Source: Spirochaetota bacterium
Lineage (GTDB): Bacteria; Spirochaetota; UBA4802; UBA5550
Length of the DNA: 64,000 nucleotides
Assembly: GCA_963664815.2 (NCBI GenBank)
Contig: CAXXHB010000002.1
Coordinates: 640,001 to 704,000, forward strand
Direction: 5' to 3'
The number at the start of each line of letters is the position of its first letter. Position 1 is the stretch's first letter. Below are positions 1-9,894 of this stretch, one piece after another. The position numbers and the translations under genes were made by a program. Under the pieces are notes generated by a model. That model had not been told where the DNA came from. It did no database searches and saw nothing but the letters and a program-made list of their open reading frames with translations.

Positions 1-2
1 TT

Positions 3-614
3 GCGTTCTCGGCAGTGGGGAGCTTAAAAGAGAACATACCCCCTCTTGATTTTGTTCTTCCCGACCAGATAATAGACAGGACAAAGGCAAGACCGTCGAC
101 ATTTTTCGAGGATGGTGTTGTAGCGCATATGGGTTTTGCCGATCCCTTCTGTAACAGACTGCACGACATTATACTTCCCGTGGCAAAAGAACTGGGGCTT
201 AAAATGCACACCGGAGAAACACTGGTTGTCATGGAGGGGCCCGCTTTTTCCACGAGAGCTGAGAGTAAACTCTACAGAGCATGGGGTGCCGGAGTTATTA
301 ATATGAGCACGATACCGGAGGCAAAACTTGCCCGTGAAGCGGAAATGTGCTATGCTGTTATATGTATGAGTACAGACTATGACTGCTGGCATGAGAGCGA
401 AGAGGATGTAACAATAGATATTGTGATAAACAATATGAACACAAACTCTGCCAATGCAAAAAATCTTGTGAGGAAGCTTGCGGCAAAACTCGGTAAAGAG
501 CGGACCTGCGGATGTAAAGAGGCAATGAAATTCGCGGTAATTACAGCCCCGGAGAAGAGGGACATTGTTCAATCTAAAAAGCTGAGCGCAATTCTCCCTG
601 AATACTTTCAGTAA
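3..614 (+). CDS. mtnP: S-methyl-5'-thioadenosine phosphorylase (5' end cut off by the window edge)
   Basis: The frame is open from base 3 (AFSAVGSLKE). Motifs MEGPAFSTRAES, INMSTIPEAKLAREAE and STDYDCW match the PNP/MTAP family. Confidence 0.93.
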   Translation, partial: AFSAVGSLKENIPPLDFVLPDQIIDRTKARPSTFFEDGVVAHMGFADPFCNRLHDIILPVAKELGLKMHTGETLVVMEGPAFSTRAESKLYRAWGAGVINMSTIPEAKLAREAEMCYAVICMSTDYDCWHESEEDVTIDIVINNMNTNSANAKNLVRKLAAKLGKERTCGCKEAMKFAVITAPEKRDIVQSKKLSAILPEYFQ

Positions 615-1873
615 AAAACGGATGCGCCGGCAATGAAATTGATATAGACGCTTGTATCTTCAAGTTTCATTGAGACCGACGATGTATCTGATTTCATGTG
701 CGATCGGTAGTAGTATGAGCTCAGGCCGAAGAGAAGATTAACATCTTCGGCCGGCTTGATTTCCGCGCCTGTTATAAGACTGTAAATGATATAATCTGTT
801 TCTCCGGTTTTTATCCTGTCATCATCCGCAGTATCAGCGCTGAATGTTTTTGCTCCTCCGCCGAAACCCAGCTGAAGATTTCTGTTGTACCTGAAGCTAA
901 AACCACCTGTTGCACCTGCTGAATATCTGATAAAGGTCCGGCTTTTCTTTTCAGCCATCACGCCGGCATCATCATCCTTAAGTTCCTTTTTGCTGTTGTC
1001 AAAGGGAGACCCAGTAGTCACCTCCATGTTGAAATGAAACCTGTTTGTAAAATTATATTTGAAACCCAGAATATATTCAAGTCCGCTGTTTCTGAAAATA
1101 TATGGAGATACCTTCTTTTGATTTTCGTCAAATGGGGAGAGGTTGTTTCTGTATGAGTATTCCTGTTTTTCGCGGACAAATCCGCCGGACTTTATTATTG
1201 CGCCGATGCTGCAGTTATTGTCTGAATAATAGTATCCACAATTAAGACTGCATATAAGTCTTTCGGTAGAGATTTCCATGTTATAATTCTTATTTGAAAA
1301 ACCGCTTTCAGTTTTTTTCTTTGTGGAGGTTGATGATGATATACCTGTTTCAAATTGCAGCCCGGCAGACTGGTTCCTGTCTAAATTACCGCCCCAGGAT
1401 ATTACTGTTGATATGGCGGATGATTTTTTTTCTTCAATCGAATCATTTTTAATGTAAACCGGACCTGGAGCATATTCGCCGGTTATTGAAAAGCGGCTTT
1501 CACTTTTTGTCAGCTGTTCGGCTCCTTCAGGTTTTGTTATTGCAATACCCAATGCGCTGTGGTCAAACCGGTTTACATATGACAGGGAGAGTGTTCCATT
1601 ATATTTTTCCTCAGAAGAGGCTTTGATGTTCGTGTTTGACAAAAGTGGTATATTAACATCACCTGATATTTCATTATAAACATTCCATGAATAGGAGCAG
1701 AAAGTTCCGGCGGAATTTTTTTTCTGCCTGCTCATGAGGGCAGGGTTACGGAGAGCATTGAAACCGCTGTCATAATCAACAGAGGTCACGCTTCCGGACA
1801 ATAAAGCCTCGGAGTATGAATTTGTACCGGCCAGTACTACTAATAATAATATTATGTAATATCTGAAATTCAT
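608..1873 (-). CDS. Putative outer-membrane beta-barrel protein (FadL/porin-like)
   Basis: Signal peptide, an N-terminal NPALM motif as in FadL-type barrels, alternating beta-strand pattern and an aromatic C-terminus (GASVFY). Confidence 0.6.
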   Translation of the reverse strand: MNFRYYIILLLVVLAGTNSYSEALLSGSVTSVDYDSGFNALRNPALMSRQKKNSAGTFCSYSWNVYNEISGDVNIPLLSNTNIKASSEEKYNGTLSLSYVNRFDHSALGIAITKPEGAEQLTKSESRFSITGEYAPGPVYIKNDSIEEKKSSAISTVISWGGNLDRNQSAGLQFETGISSSTSTKKKTESGFSNKNYNMEISTERLICSLNCGYYYSDNNCSIGAIIKSGGFVREKQEYSYRNNLSPFDENQKKVSPYIFRNSGLEYILGFKYNFTNRFHFNMEVTTGSPFDNSKKELKDDDAGVMAEKKSRTFIRYSAGATGGFSFRYNRNLQLGFGGGAKTFSADTADDDRIKTGETDYIIYSLITGAEIKPAEDVNLLFGLSSYYYRSHMKSDTSSVSMKLEDTSVYINFIAGASVFY

Positions 1874-2215
1874 GCGGTAGTTCCTTTACATAAAAATGTG
1901 TACTGAAATTTTTTTGTAACATTGTTAATTATATGTAATATAAATAAAAGTAATAAAAAATAATTCATATTTGTTTGACAAAAAGTGAGAGTTTAAATTA
2001 ATCGGTAGCAGGTAAATAATAATTAATTACTCATACAGCGGTAAATTGGATATAAAAAACATGGAGGGTATAATATTTTTTTAAAAAAAATTTAAACTCT
2101 ATTGACTTTTGGTATTTTATTCTTTAATTAAATACAACATGATTGTTATATGAAAATATCTTCATGTTTTTGTATAACCAAATCAAATCCTCATAAAAAG
2201 AACCGGCAAAATTAA

Positions 2216-2243
2216 ACAGCCCACCCCGGGCTGTATTTTTTTT
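2216..2243 (+). terminator. Rho-independent terminator, possibly bidirectional
   Basis: ACAGCCC-acccc-GGGCTGT followed by a T run on +; the - strand reads TTTAATTTT after the hairpin. Confidence 0.7.
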
Positions 2244-2287
2244 CTTATCACAGGCTGAAGAATTTTTTTAAATATATATTCAGATAA

Positions 2288-3583
2288 TCAGATAACCTGC
2301 AGAAATTTCAGAATATCTGATCTTGTTATAATCCCGACGAGTTTTCCGTTATCCATTACTGGGAGATGACCAATGCCGTTGATAAAGAGAATATTTTCAA
2401 TCTCTCTCATATTGGCCCCGGAAGAACATGTAACAAGCTTTGTTCTCATGTATGCTTTAACAGGAGAGTTCATCTGATCTTTTTTTCTCCCCTTCATAAT
2501 ATCACGAAGTGTAAACATGCCGCAGAGTTCATCCTTATCATTAAGAACCGGCGCACCCGAGAGATCCATCTCTTCAAAAAAAATGGATGCATCCTTAAGA
2601 GACCATGTTTCTTTTATCGTTACAACATTTTTTGTCATCATATCTTCGGCAGTTACCGCGTGCTGAAGCTGTATTGTAAGTGTTTCCAGAAGGTTTTTTA
2701 AAATATCTCTCCCCTCCCCCTGTTTGACAAGAGCAGAAGCCGCCTTTGAGTGGCCTCCACCGCCGAAGGGCTTAAGTATGTCGATAAGATCAATTACGTT
2801 TTTTCCGCTTCTTCCTATTATTACGGTAGTGCCCGGTTTTTTAAAATGGAATACACCAAAAATGGCATCGGGATTTTCAATGTTAAAAATCTCTTCGATA
2901 ACCGCTGCAAGACCTGCGGCCTGTTTTTCCATGGAGTAGTAGCTGAATACTATCTGATGGCCATTAATATCCTGCCACACGAGAGTATTCATTATATCAT
3001 GAAAAAGAGAAACCTGATATTCCTCTTTAAGGGATTTCAGAAAATTGTTAACAAGCTTTATATCAGCATGATGCTTAAGAAGATATGATGATACCCTGAA
3101 ATCGTCCTCATGTACATTATCGTGTGTAAAGTTTCCTGTATCTGCATAAATTCCGGTAAGTGCTATTGTAGCATCTTTTGGTGATATTGATATCCGGTTT
3201 TTCATAAGTTCCAGCCCGATCATTGTAGTGTTGGAACCGAAATTCCCTTCATTAACTACAGCCCCTTCGAAGTCACAGGAATCCGCCGAGTGGTGGTCGT
3301 AAATTACAATCTCTTTCACATCATTTTCAATAACATCAAAATATTCTTTTACTCTTGAACGTGATCTGGTGTCGACCATTACAACTCGTTCAATATGTTC
3401 ACCCTTTAATTCATCTACCGGCTTGAAATCCAGATGGTATTGGTACAGGTTAACAAGATTTTTTGCCGCGGGGTGGATAAGTCTGCTGATTACAGGAACA
3501 TGATCCGGATAGAGATATTTAGCCAGAACAATGGAACCTATGCAGTCAAGATCCATGTTTGTATGTCCGATAATTATTTTCAC
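2288..3583 (-). CDS. DHH-family phosphoesterase with DHHA1 and tandem CBS domains
   Basis: GHTNMDLDCIGS, MVDT, YDHH, GIYADTG and GGGGH motifs, then a C-terminal CBS pair. Confidence 0.88.
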   Translation of the reverse strand: MKIIIGHTNMDLDCIGSIVLAKYLYPDHVPVISRLIHPAAKNLVNLYQYHLDFKPVDELKGEHIERVVMVDTRSRSRVKEYFDVIENDVKEIVIYDHHSADSCDFEGAVVNEGNFGSNTTMIGLELMKNRISISPKDATIALTGIYADTGNFTHDNVHEDDFRVSSYLLKHHADIKLVNNFLKSLKEEYQVSLFHDIMNTLVWQDINGHQIVFSYYSMEKQAAGLAAVIEEIFNIENPDAIFGVFHFKKPGTTVIIGRSGKNVIDLIDILKPFGGGGHSKAASALVKQGEGRDILKNLLETLTIQLQHAVTAEDMMTKNVVTIKETWSLKDASIFFEEMDLSGAPVLNDKDELCGMFTLRDIMKGRKKDQMNSPVKAYMRTKLVTCSSGANMREIENILFINGIGHLPVMDNGKLVGIITRSDILKFLQVI

Positions 3584-3858
3584 ATAAACCTGCTATGAGA
3601 GTAATTCCAGAAATTTATCAATTACTCTATATAAAACGGCTGCAAGAGTCAAGCCATAATATTCAGACAGACAGATGATTATTCATGAATTCCTGTATAA
3701 ATGATTTTTATCTGAATATCGTAAAATAGAATTGTCATATAAATTAAAAAAAGTTAATATATAAAGAGGGTTTTCAGAGATTTTTTAATTAAATTCAGAA
3801 AGTAAAAAAAGAATTATAACGGTAACAATGACTGAAAACTCAATACAGGGGGCGGACT

Positions 3859-4752
3859 TTGAATGATTCCAGGCCATTGATTCTGATTGTTGAGGATAGT
3901 TCCGTAAACGGGAAACTCTGTGAAAGACTGCTTAATAAAAACGGGTTTGATACAGCTGTATGTTCTGATGGTGAAAGCGCAATTGAATTTGTTAACAGCA
4001 ATTCCCCCGACCTTATACTTCTGGATATAATAATGCCTGGAATTGATGGTTACGAGTTTTGCAGGGTTATCAAGAACAACCCAAAAATCAGGCATACCCC
4101 GATAATTTTTTTAAGCTCCATGAATGATGAAAAAAGTATAATAAAGGGATTTGAAAGCGGTGCTGTTGATTTTGTCACAAAACCATTCAGGCATCAGGAA
4201 CTTATTGCGAGGACTAAAACCCATATTGAACTGAAGCAGACAAAAGAAAAGCTTCTCCGTATGGCTATAACGGATGAATTAACAGGGCTTGTCAACCGCA
4301 GGTATTTTATGGGGAGATTACTCCATGAATATGAGAGAATCAGAAGATATGAATCGGTATTCACCCTGTTAATGATAGACCTGGATCATTTTAAAAACGT
4401 AAATGATTCATTCGGGCACCAGGCGGGAGATGTTATACTGAGAACTGTTTCGGATACCATGAAATTAAGTCTGAGGCTGTCTGATATCATCGGCAGAATA
4501 GGGGGGGAGGAGTTTGCTGTTATTCTTCCGGAAACAGAACTTGGCCCCGGCATGATAATAGGAGACCGGCTCAGAAAAAGGGCGGAAGCCCTTGAAATTC
4601 CACACAAAGAATGTAAAATCAGGATGACAATAAGCATCGGAGCATCACAGTCTTCAAAAGATGATTTAAGCATAGATGAAGTTCTTCAGCGGGCAGACCT
4701 GGCCCTATACAGGGCAAAGGAGAACGGAAGAAACAGAATCTACTCGGAGTGA
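3859..4752 (+). CDS. Response-regulator diguanylate cyclase (REC-GGDEF)
   Basis: Receiver domain (LLDIIMPGIDG, KPF) plus a GGEEF active site with an RxxD I-site (RLSD). Confidence 0.93.
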   Translation: MNDSRPLILIVEDSSVNGKLCERLLNKNGFDTAVCSDGESAIEFVNSNSPDLILLDIIMPGIDGYEFCRVIKNNPKIRHTPIIFLSSMNDEKSIIKGFESGAVDFVTKPFRHQELIARTKTHIELKQTKEKLLRMAITDELTGLVNRRYFMGRLLHEYERIRRYESVFTLLMIDLDHFKNVNDSFGHQAGDVILRTVSDTMKLSLRLSDIIGRIGGEEFAVILPETELGPGMIIGDRLRKRAEALEIPHKECKIRMTISIGASQSSKDDLSIDEVLQRADLALYRAKENGRNRIYSE

Positions 4753-4947
4753 TACTGTTTCATCTGGCGGTACGCTTTTAAGCATTTCCAGTAGCCGGGA
4801 ATGAGTCCCCATGCTGTAAAAGATGTGATAGTATAAACAGTCCCTTTTCCCGGCCGGTCATGTCAATAATCTTTACCATGAATAGAATAATTTCCCTTTG
4901 ATAAGAGTAACTTTTCCGGAAATTGTTTTTCTTCTTTAAAAAGCAGA

Positions 4948-7173
4948 ATGCCGGATTATAAAAACAGAATAACAGACTGTCAGTGTAAAAAGTTTTATTT
5001 TAATGAACAAACTTCCGATCAGGTATATATGGATAATTTTTCGACATTTATAATTCCGCCGATACTCTGTCTTGTTACAGGATATTTCCTTGCTACAATA
5101 TCTGTTATCTGGGGGAAGGTTAAAAAAGAGAGCATTCTGCTGGCTCTGATCTGCTTCTGGTGGACTCTTCTTTCCTATTCATTTATTTATCACAATATTG
5201 AAACTGATCAGGCCAGGGTTATGACAGTGGAGAGGATTGTACATACTTTCTATGTCTTTGCCCCCTTTGTTTCAATTGCGTTTTTTCAGGTAACTATAGA
5301 TAGGGTAAATAAGGCCGTGCTGTTTGGCAGTCTTGTAATCAGTACGGCATTGGCATTTTTTGTACGGACACCATATTATTTTTACGGATTTTATACATAC
5401 AGGTGGGGAATGATTGCCAGGGGGGGGGTTGCTTTCCAGGCCTTTTCACTCTATGGAATTGCAGTTTCAGTTTATCTGTTCATCATTTTTTTTAAAAGAA
5501 TCCGTGAAGAAGAAAATCATCTTATCAGGCTGAAATTATTTTATCTTTTCGCAGCATGTTTCATCTACGCAGTATTTACATTTACCAACTGCCCTGCAAT
5601 GCACGGAATAGATTTTTATCCTCTCAGCAATTTTATATTCATTCCTCTTGGTATAATGACATACGGGGTATTAAAGTACAGGCTTGTCAGAATAGGCAGC
5701 GTATTCCAGATGTTTGTCTTCTGGCTTGCTTTTTCTTCGATGATTGCGATTCCGAATTATTTTATATTTATTCTTATAAAAAATAATTTTATGAGACTCA
5801 ACTCCGTCAGGCTTGTGATTATATTCCTGATCTGGTATTTTGTCAATTATTACTATTTTATCAAAATACAGCCGCTGATAAATCAGTTGTTCAACAGAAG
5901 AAATTACAACCTTTCAAGGATGGAAAAAATATTTATTAAAGATCTGGCGATGCTGAAGAACCTTGATGATCTCATCTTCCAGATGACGGAAATGTTGAAG
6001 AGAGCGCTCCATGTGGAATATGCTTCTCTTTATATAAGAAGGGGATATGCCGGAGGTTATATCGATTCGCAGGGAAAATCCCTTAACATAGAAATAGAAA
6101 CGGAACAGGTTCTTTTGAACGGTAATTTTTTTGAGAAGAGCCTTATCGAGTCAGATGAGGAGTTGAACGATTCAATGGGGCCCGTTCTTCATCTTTTTAA
6201 TTCTTCCAGGAGTGAATATATTGTCCCTCTGGTGCACCAGAATGAACTTATAGCAATACTTGCTTTGAAGAAAAAAATTAATCGTGAAAGTCTTAAGGAC
6301 AAAGAAGTTGAGTTTATCTGCAATCTCAGTTATTATGCAACGATAGCCCTTGCAAATTCGGTTATGTACCAGAATCTTTCCGATATGAAGGATAACCTTG
6401 AAAAAATTGTTGAGGAGAGAACGGCTGTAATAGAAAAGCAGAAATACAACATGGAGAGCGATATACAGCTGGCGCGGAAAATACAGATGGCACTGCTCCC
6501 GGCAAACATTCCTGATTTAAAAAAATTAAAGATAGCATTTAAGTACGAACCGATAATGGGTGTTGGCGGTGATTTCATAGATATTCATTACAGGGAGGGG
6601 ATGAATGAACTCGGTTTATTCATCTGTGATGTCTCCGGGCATGGAGCATCTTCGGCAATGATAGCATCCATGGTCAAGATGTCGTTAAATTCATGGGGAA
6701 AGTTTATTAAGAGCCCTGCAAGGGCGTTTGCTGAGATAAAAAATCTTTTAAGGGGTAAAATAGGTGATAACTTTATCACTGCCTATATGTGCTGTATAGA
6801 CCTTAAAAGCGGGGTCATTACTTCGGCATGTGCCGGACATCCTGCAATGGTTATTATAAGAAAAAACAGTGAAATTGAGCTTGTAAAACCGTCAGGTTTA
6901 ATTCTGTTCGACCTGAAGGATTCTGTGTATGAAGAGGCAAGGAGTGTTCTGAATGATGGTGATAAGCTTGTATTATATACAGATGGAGTATTTGAGACCA
7001 TAAATTCGGCAGGGGAGATGATAGGGGTGGAGAGGTTTATACAGATGCTGAAAGAAAATTACTATCTGAATGCTGAAGGTTTGTGTCAGAAAATTTACAA
7101 TGATATATTTACCTTCCCGGGAAATATCATAGAAGACGATTTTGCTCTTCTGGTTGCCGAATACAGGGACTAA
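4948..7173 (+). CDS. Membrane PP2C/SpoIIE-family serine phosphatase (multi-TM sensor, GAF-like, PP2C); real start possibly 5028
   Basis: Multiple TM helices, a GAF-like segment, and the motifs VGGDF, DVSGHG, LYTDG and DDFA. Confidence 0.87.
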   Translation: MPDYKNRITDCQCKKFYFNEQTSDQVYMDNFSTFIIPPILCLVTGYFLATISVIWGKVKKESILLALICFWWTLLSYSFIYHNIETDQARVMTVERIVHTFYVFAPFVSIAFFQVTIDRVNKAVLFGSLVISTALAFFVRTPYYFYGFYTYRWGMIARGGVAFQAFSLYGIAVSVYLFIIFFKRIREEENHLIRLKLFYLFAACFIYAVFTFTNCPAMHGIDFYPLSNFIFIPLGIMTYGVLKYRLVRIGSVFQMFVFWLAFSSMIAIPNYFIFILIKNNFMRLNSVRLVIIFLIWYFVNYYYFIKIQPLINQLFNRRNYNLSRMEKIFIKDLAMLKNLDDLIFQMTEMLKRALHVEYASLYIRRGYAGGYIDSQGKSLNIEIETEQVLLNGNFFEKSLIESDEELNDSMGPVLHLFNSSRSEYIVPLVHQNELIAILALKKKINRESLKDKEVEFICNLSYYATIALANSVMYQNLSDMKDNLEKIVEERTAVIEKQKYNMESDIQLARKIQMALLPANIPDLKKLKIAFKYEPIMGVGGDFIDIHYREGMNELGLFICDVSGHGASSAMIASMVKMSLNSWGKFIKSPARAFAEIKNLLRGKIGDNFITAYMCCIDLKSGVITSACAGHPAMVIIRKNSEIELVKPSGLILFDLKDSVYEEARSVLNDGDKLVLYTDGVFETINSAGEMIGVERFIQMLKENYYLNAEGLCQKIYNDIFTFPGNIIEDDFALLVAEYRD

Positions 7174-7176
7174 AAA

Positions 7177-7869
7177 TCATATAATCCTGTCCACAACACC
7201 CTTCGCATGAAGTGCAGTAGTGTTTAAAAACGGGAGCCCTGCAACATCTCCATCTGAAAGAATCAGCGGGAGTTCAGTACATCCGAGAATTATTCCGTCA
7301 ATTCCCGCAGCAGATTTCATCTCATTAATAATATTTATGAATTTATTTCTTGTATCGTCTTTTATAATTCCGGATACAAGCTCTCCGAAAATTTTTGTAT
7401 GGATAAACTGTCTGGCATCATCACCCGGTGTTTCTATACCGATGTTTTCCTTTTCAAAAACTTTATGATAAAAACGGTTGTTCATGGTAAAAGCTGTTCC
7501 GATCAGCCCGGCTTTTTTCAATCCAACGCGTTTAGCTTCACTACATGTCACATCAACAATGCTGACAAGCGGTATCTCTGAGAGATCTGAAAGTTCGTCA
7601 AATACAAGATGGGGGGTATTGGATGCAAGAAATGCAATATCAGCGCCTGAATCTGAAAGTGTTTTTATTCCCTTTGAAAGAAACCTGACAAGGCCGGCTT
7701 TATTGTTGTCTTCAATATAATTTATCATTTCAGTCATATTGATACTGTTTATTATAATTTCAGGGTAACTTCCGTCGTTGACCCTGTCCCTGTAATAACT
7801 TACAATAAGCCTGTAGTATTCTACAGTTGCTTCAGGACCTACTCCGCCGATTATACCTATTTTTTTCAT
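7177..7869 (-). CDS. Aspartate/amino-acid racemase family protein
   Basis: IGIIGGVGPEAT, ASNTPH and ILGCTELP motifs. Confidence 0.9.
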   Translation of the reverse strand: MKKIGIIGGVGPEATVEYYRLIVSYYRDRVNDGSYPEIIINSINMTEMINYIEDNNKAGLVRFLSKGIKTLSDSGADIAFLASNTPHLVFDELSDLSEIPLVSIVDVTCSEAKRVGLKKAGLIGTAFTMNNRFYHKVFEKENIGIETPGDDARQFIHTKIFGELVSGIIKDDTRNKFINIINEMKSAAGIDGIILGCTELPLILSDGDVAGLPFLNTTALHAKGVVDRII

Positions 7870-7923
7870 AATACACTCCCAATTCTTCGTTATATTCAGG
7901 GGTTGTTCAGAGATAAAAAATTT

Positions 7924-8041
7924 CCCCGCCCTTAATGTATGGGTCAGTGGCAGTTGACAGAATGATTTATTGAATCATAATCTGCTCCCCCGCGACCCTC
8001 ACCCATTTAGGGTAAGGGCTTTCCTGACTGCAGGGGCAGAA
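7924..8041 (-). ncRNA. Candidate structured RNA (multi-stem, unclassified)
   Basis: GC-rich patch in an AT-rich spacer with nested complementary segments; the hairpin GCCCUUACCC/GGGUGAGGGU pairs fully (with G-U) only on the - strand. Confidence 0.4.
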
Positions 8042-8050
8042 TAAAAAAGA

Positions 8051-8563
8051 TTATTTCCTGTCGAGAACTGCATTCCACTCTTTTATTCTGTCAGAAACCT
8101 TTTCCAGCAGGGATGAGGTGTCTCCTTCGATGACAATTGATTCAATAATATCACCCTGTTTTATACTGTTTACTACCTTCTGGTCGTCGTCACTTACTAC
8201 AGAACCGAATACAGTATGCTTGCCATTAAGCCATGCAGTCGGGACATGTGTAATAAAAAACTGGCTGCCGTTAGTTCCCGGTCCGGCATTTGCCATAGAG
8301 AGTTTTCCCGGTTTATCATGGGGAAGTTTGGGTGTGCATTCATCCTCAAATTTATATCCGGGTCCCCCCGTACCTGTTCCTAATGGGCATCCACCCTGTA
8401 TCATAAAATCAGCGATGACCCGGTGAAACTTAAGTCCGTTGTAAAATCCTCTGTTGGCAAGGTTTACGAAATTACCAACAGTTACAGGGGTTTCATCCGC
8501 AAAGAGATTTAAGTTTATGTCCCCTCTGGATGTTTTAATTTTTGCTGTTATTCCACTCATCAT
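8051..8563 (-). CDS. Cyclophilin-type peptidyl-prolyl cis-trans isomerase
   Basis: [29 protein letters not shown] and [10 protein letters not shown]. Confidence 0.96.
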   Translation of the reverse strand: MMSGITAKIKTSRGDINLNLFADETPVTVGNFVNLANRGFYNGLKFHRVIADFMIQGGCPLGTGTGGPGYKFEDECTPKLPHDKPGKLSMANAGPGTNGSQFFITHVPTAWLNGKHTVFGSVVSDDDQKVVNSIKQGDIIESIVIEGDTSSLLEKVSDRIKEWNAVLDRK

Positions 8564-8940
8564 TTTTTCCTTTAATTAATTTTTATAGTACATACTTTTC
8601 ACAGGAGTATTTTACTGTCAAGAAATGTTGCCATGATTTGTAACATACATCTCTTCATGTATTTTTCAGGGATTGAACTCGATACGGCAGGAAAAGCAGT
8701 ATTTTATAATGTACCAAACTTGACAAGTGGCAGAAATAGCCTTAAGATTTAATATGCAGTTTGGAAATACAGCTGTTTGAATAGTTCAACATAAACATAA
8801 AGACAGTTTCAGCAGACAGTTTGTTGCAGAGCTTATGAAAGATAAACCTTGAAAAGTACAACAGGGGGTTACTTCTCAGGTTTTAAAAATATATCTTTTG
8901 TGTACATCATAAATAAATAAAAAATTACAAGGAGCTTGTT

Positions 8941-9789
8941 ATGAAAAAAAACGGAAGATCTGGTCTTTTATTTTTACTATTATTGGTAACAGTTTTTTTA
9001 TCCGCTTTGATTTACTCAGGATGTAAAAAGGATAGTAAATCTCTGATGATGGCAACAACTACAAGCACTAACGATACGGGAATTCTCGATTATCTTGCTC
9101 CTGTTTTTCAGAAAGACACGGGTATAGAACTTAAGTGGACCTCAGTTGGCACCGGGAAGGCTCTTCAGATGGGGCAGAACTGCGATGTCGATGTGCTTCT
9201 TGTACATGATCCCGATGCCGAGATGAAATTTATAAACGAAGGATATGGAATAAACAGAAAGGAGCTGATGTATAATGACTTTGTCATAATCGGACCGAAA
9301 AACGATCCTGCGGGTATAAATCAGAAGACAGTTGTTGATGCATTGAAAACCATTGCCGCCAAAAAAGCGAATTTTGCCAGTCGTAACGACAAATCGGGAA
9401 CTCATTCACTTGAACTGAAATTATGGAAAGCAACGGGATTAAAAACACCGGATAAAGAAACATGGTATATCCAGACAGGGCAGGGGATGCTTGCAACAAT
9501 AAAAATTGCCTCGGAAAAAAATGGTTATACAATAACCGACAGGGGTACTTATATCAAGTACGAAGCAACCAGCAAAGGTAACCCCCCGCTTGTAATCCTT
9601 GTCGAAAAAGACAATAATCTCTTCAATCAGTATTCCGGTATTGAAGTAAATCCTGCTAAATGTCCTAATGTTAAAAATAAAACTGCAAAACAGTTCATAA
9701 GCTGGATGGCTTCGGAAAAAGGTCAGAAACTGGTCAAAGATTATAAACTTGAAGGTAAGGAGCTGTTTATTCCAAACGCAAAACAGTAA
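8941..9789 (+). CDS. tupA: Tungstate ABC transporter substrate-binding lipoprotein
   Basis: ATTTS tungstate-binding signature, VGTGKAL, SRNDKSGTH and a lipobox-like SGC. Confidence 0.92.
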   Translation: MKKNGRSGLLFLLLLVTVFLSALIYSGCKKDSKSLMMATTTSTNDTGILDYLAPVFQKDTGIELKWTSVGTGKALQMGQNCDVDVLLVHDPDAEMKFINEGYGINRKELMYNDFVIIGPKNDPAGINQKTVVDALKTIAAKKANFASRNDKSGTHSLELKLWKATGLKTPDKETWYIQTGQGMLATIKIASEKNGYTITDRGTYIKYEATSKGNPPLVILVEKDNNLFNQYSGIEVNPAKCPNVKNKTAKQFISWMASEKGQKLVKDYKLEGKELFIPNAKQ

Positions 9790-9834
9790 TTTGCATAGTT
9801 TCTGTGTAATATATATTAAGGAATCAATATTTTA

Positions 9835-9878
9835 ATAAGCAGAGAGGATGCAGTTATCATGGCGCACTCTCTGTTTAT
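9835..9878 (+). terminator. Intercistronic stem-loop between tupA and tupB (stabiliser or partial terminator)
   Basis: ATAAGCAGAGAG...CTCTCTGTTTAT inverted repeat. Confidence 0.5.
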
Positions 9879-9894
9879 ATAAAAAAGAGATAAT

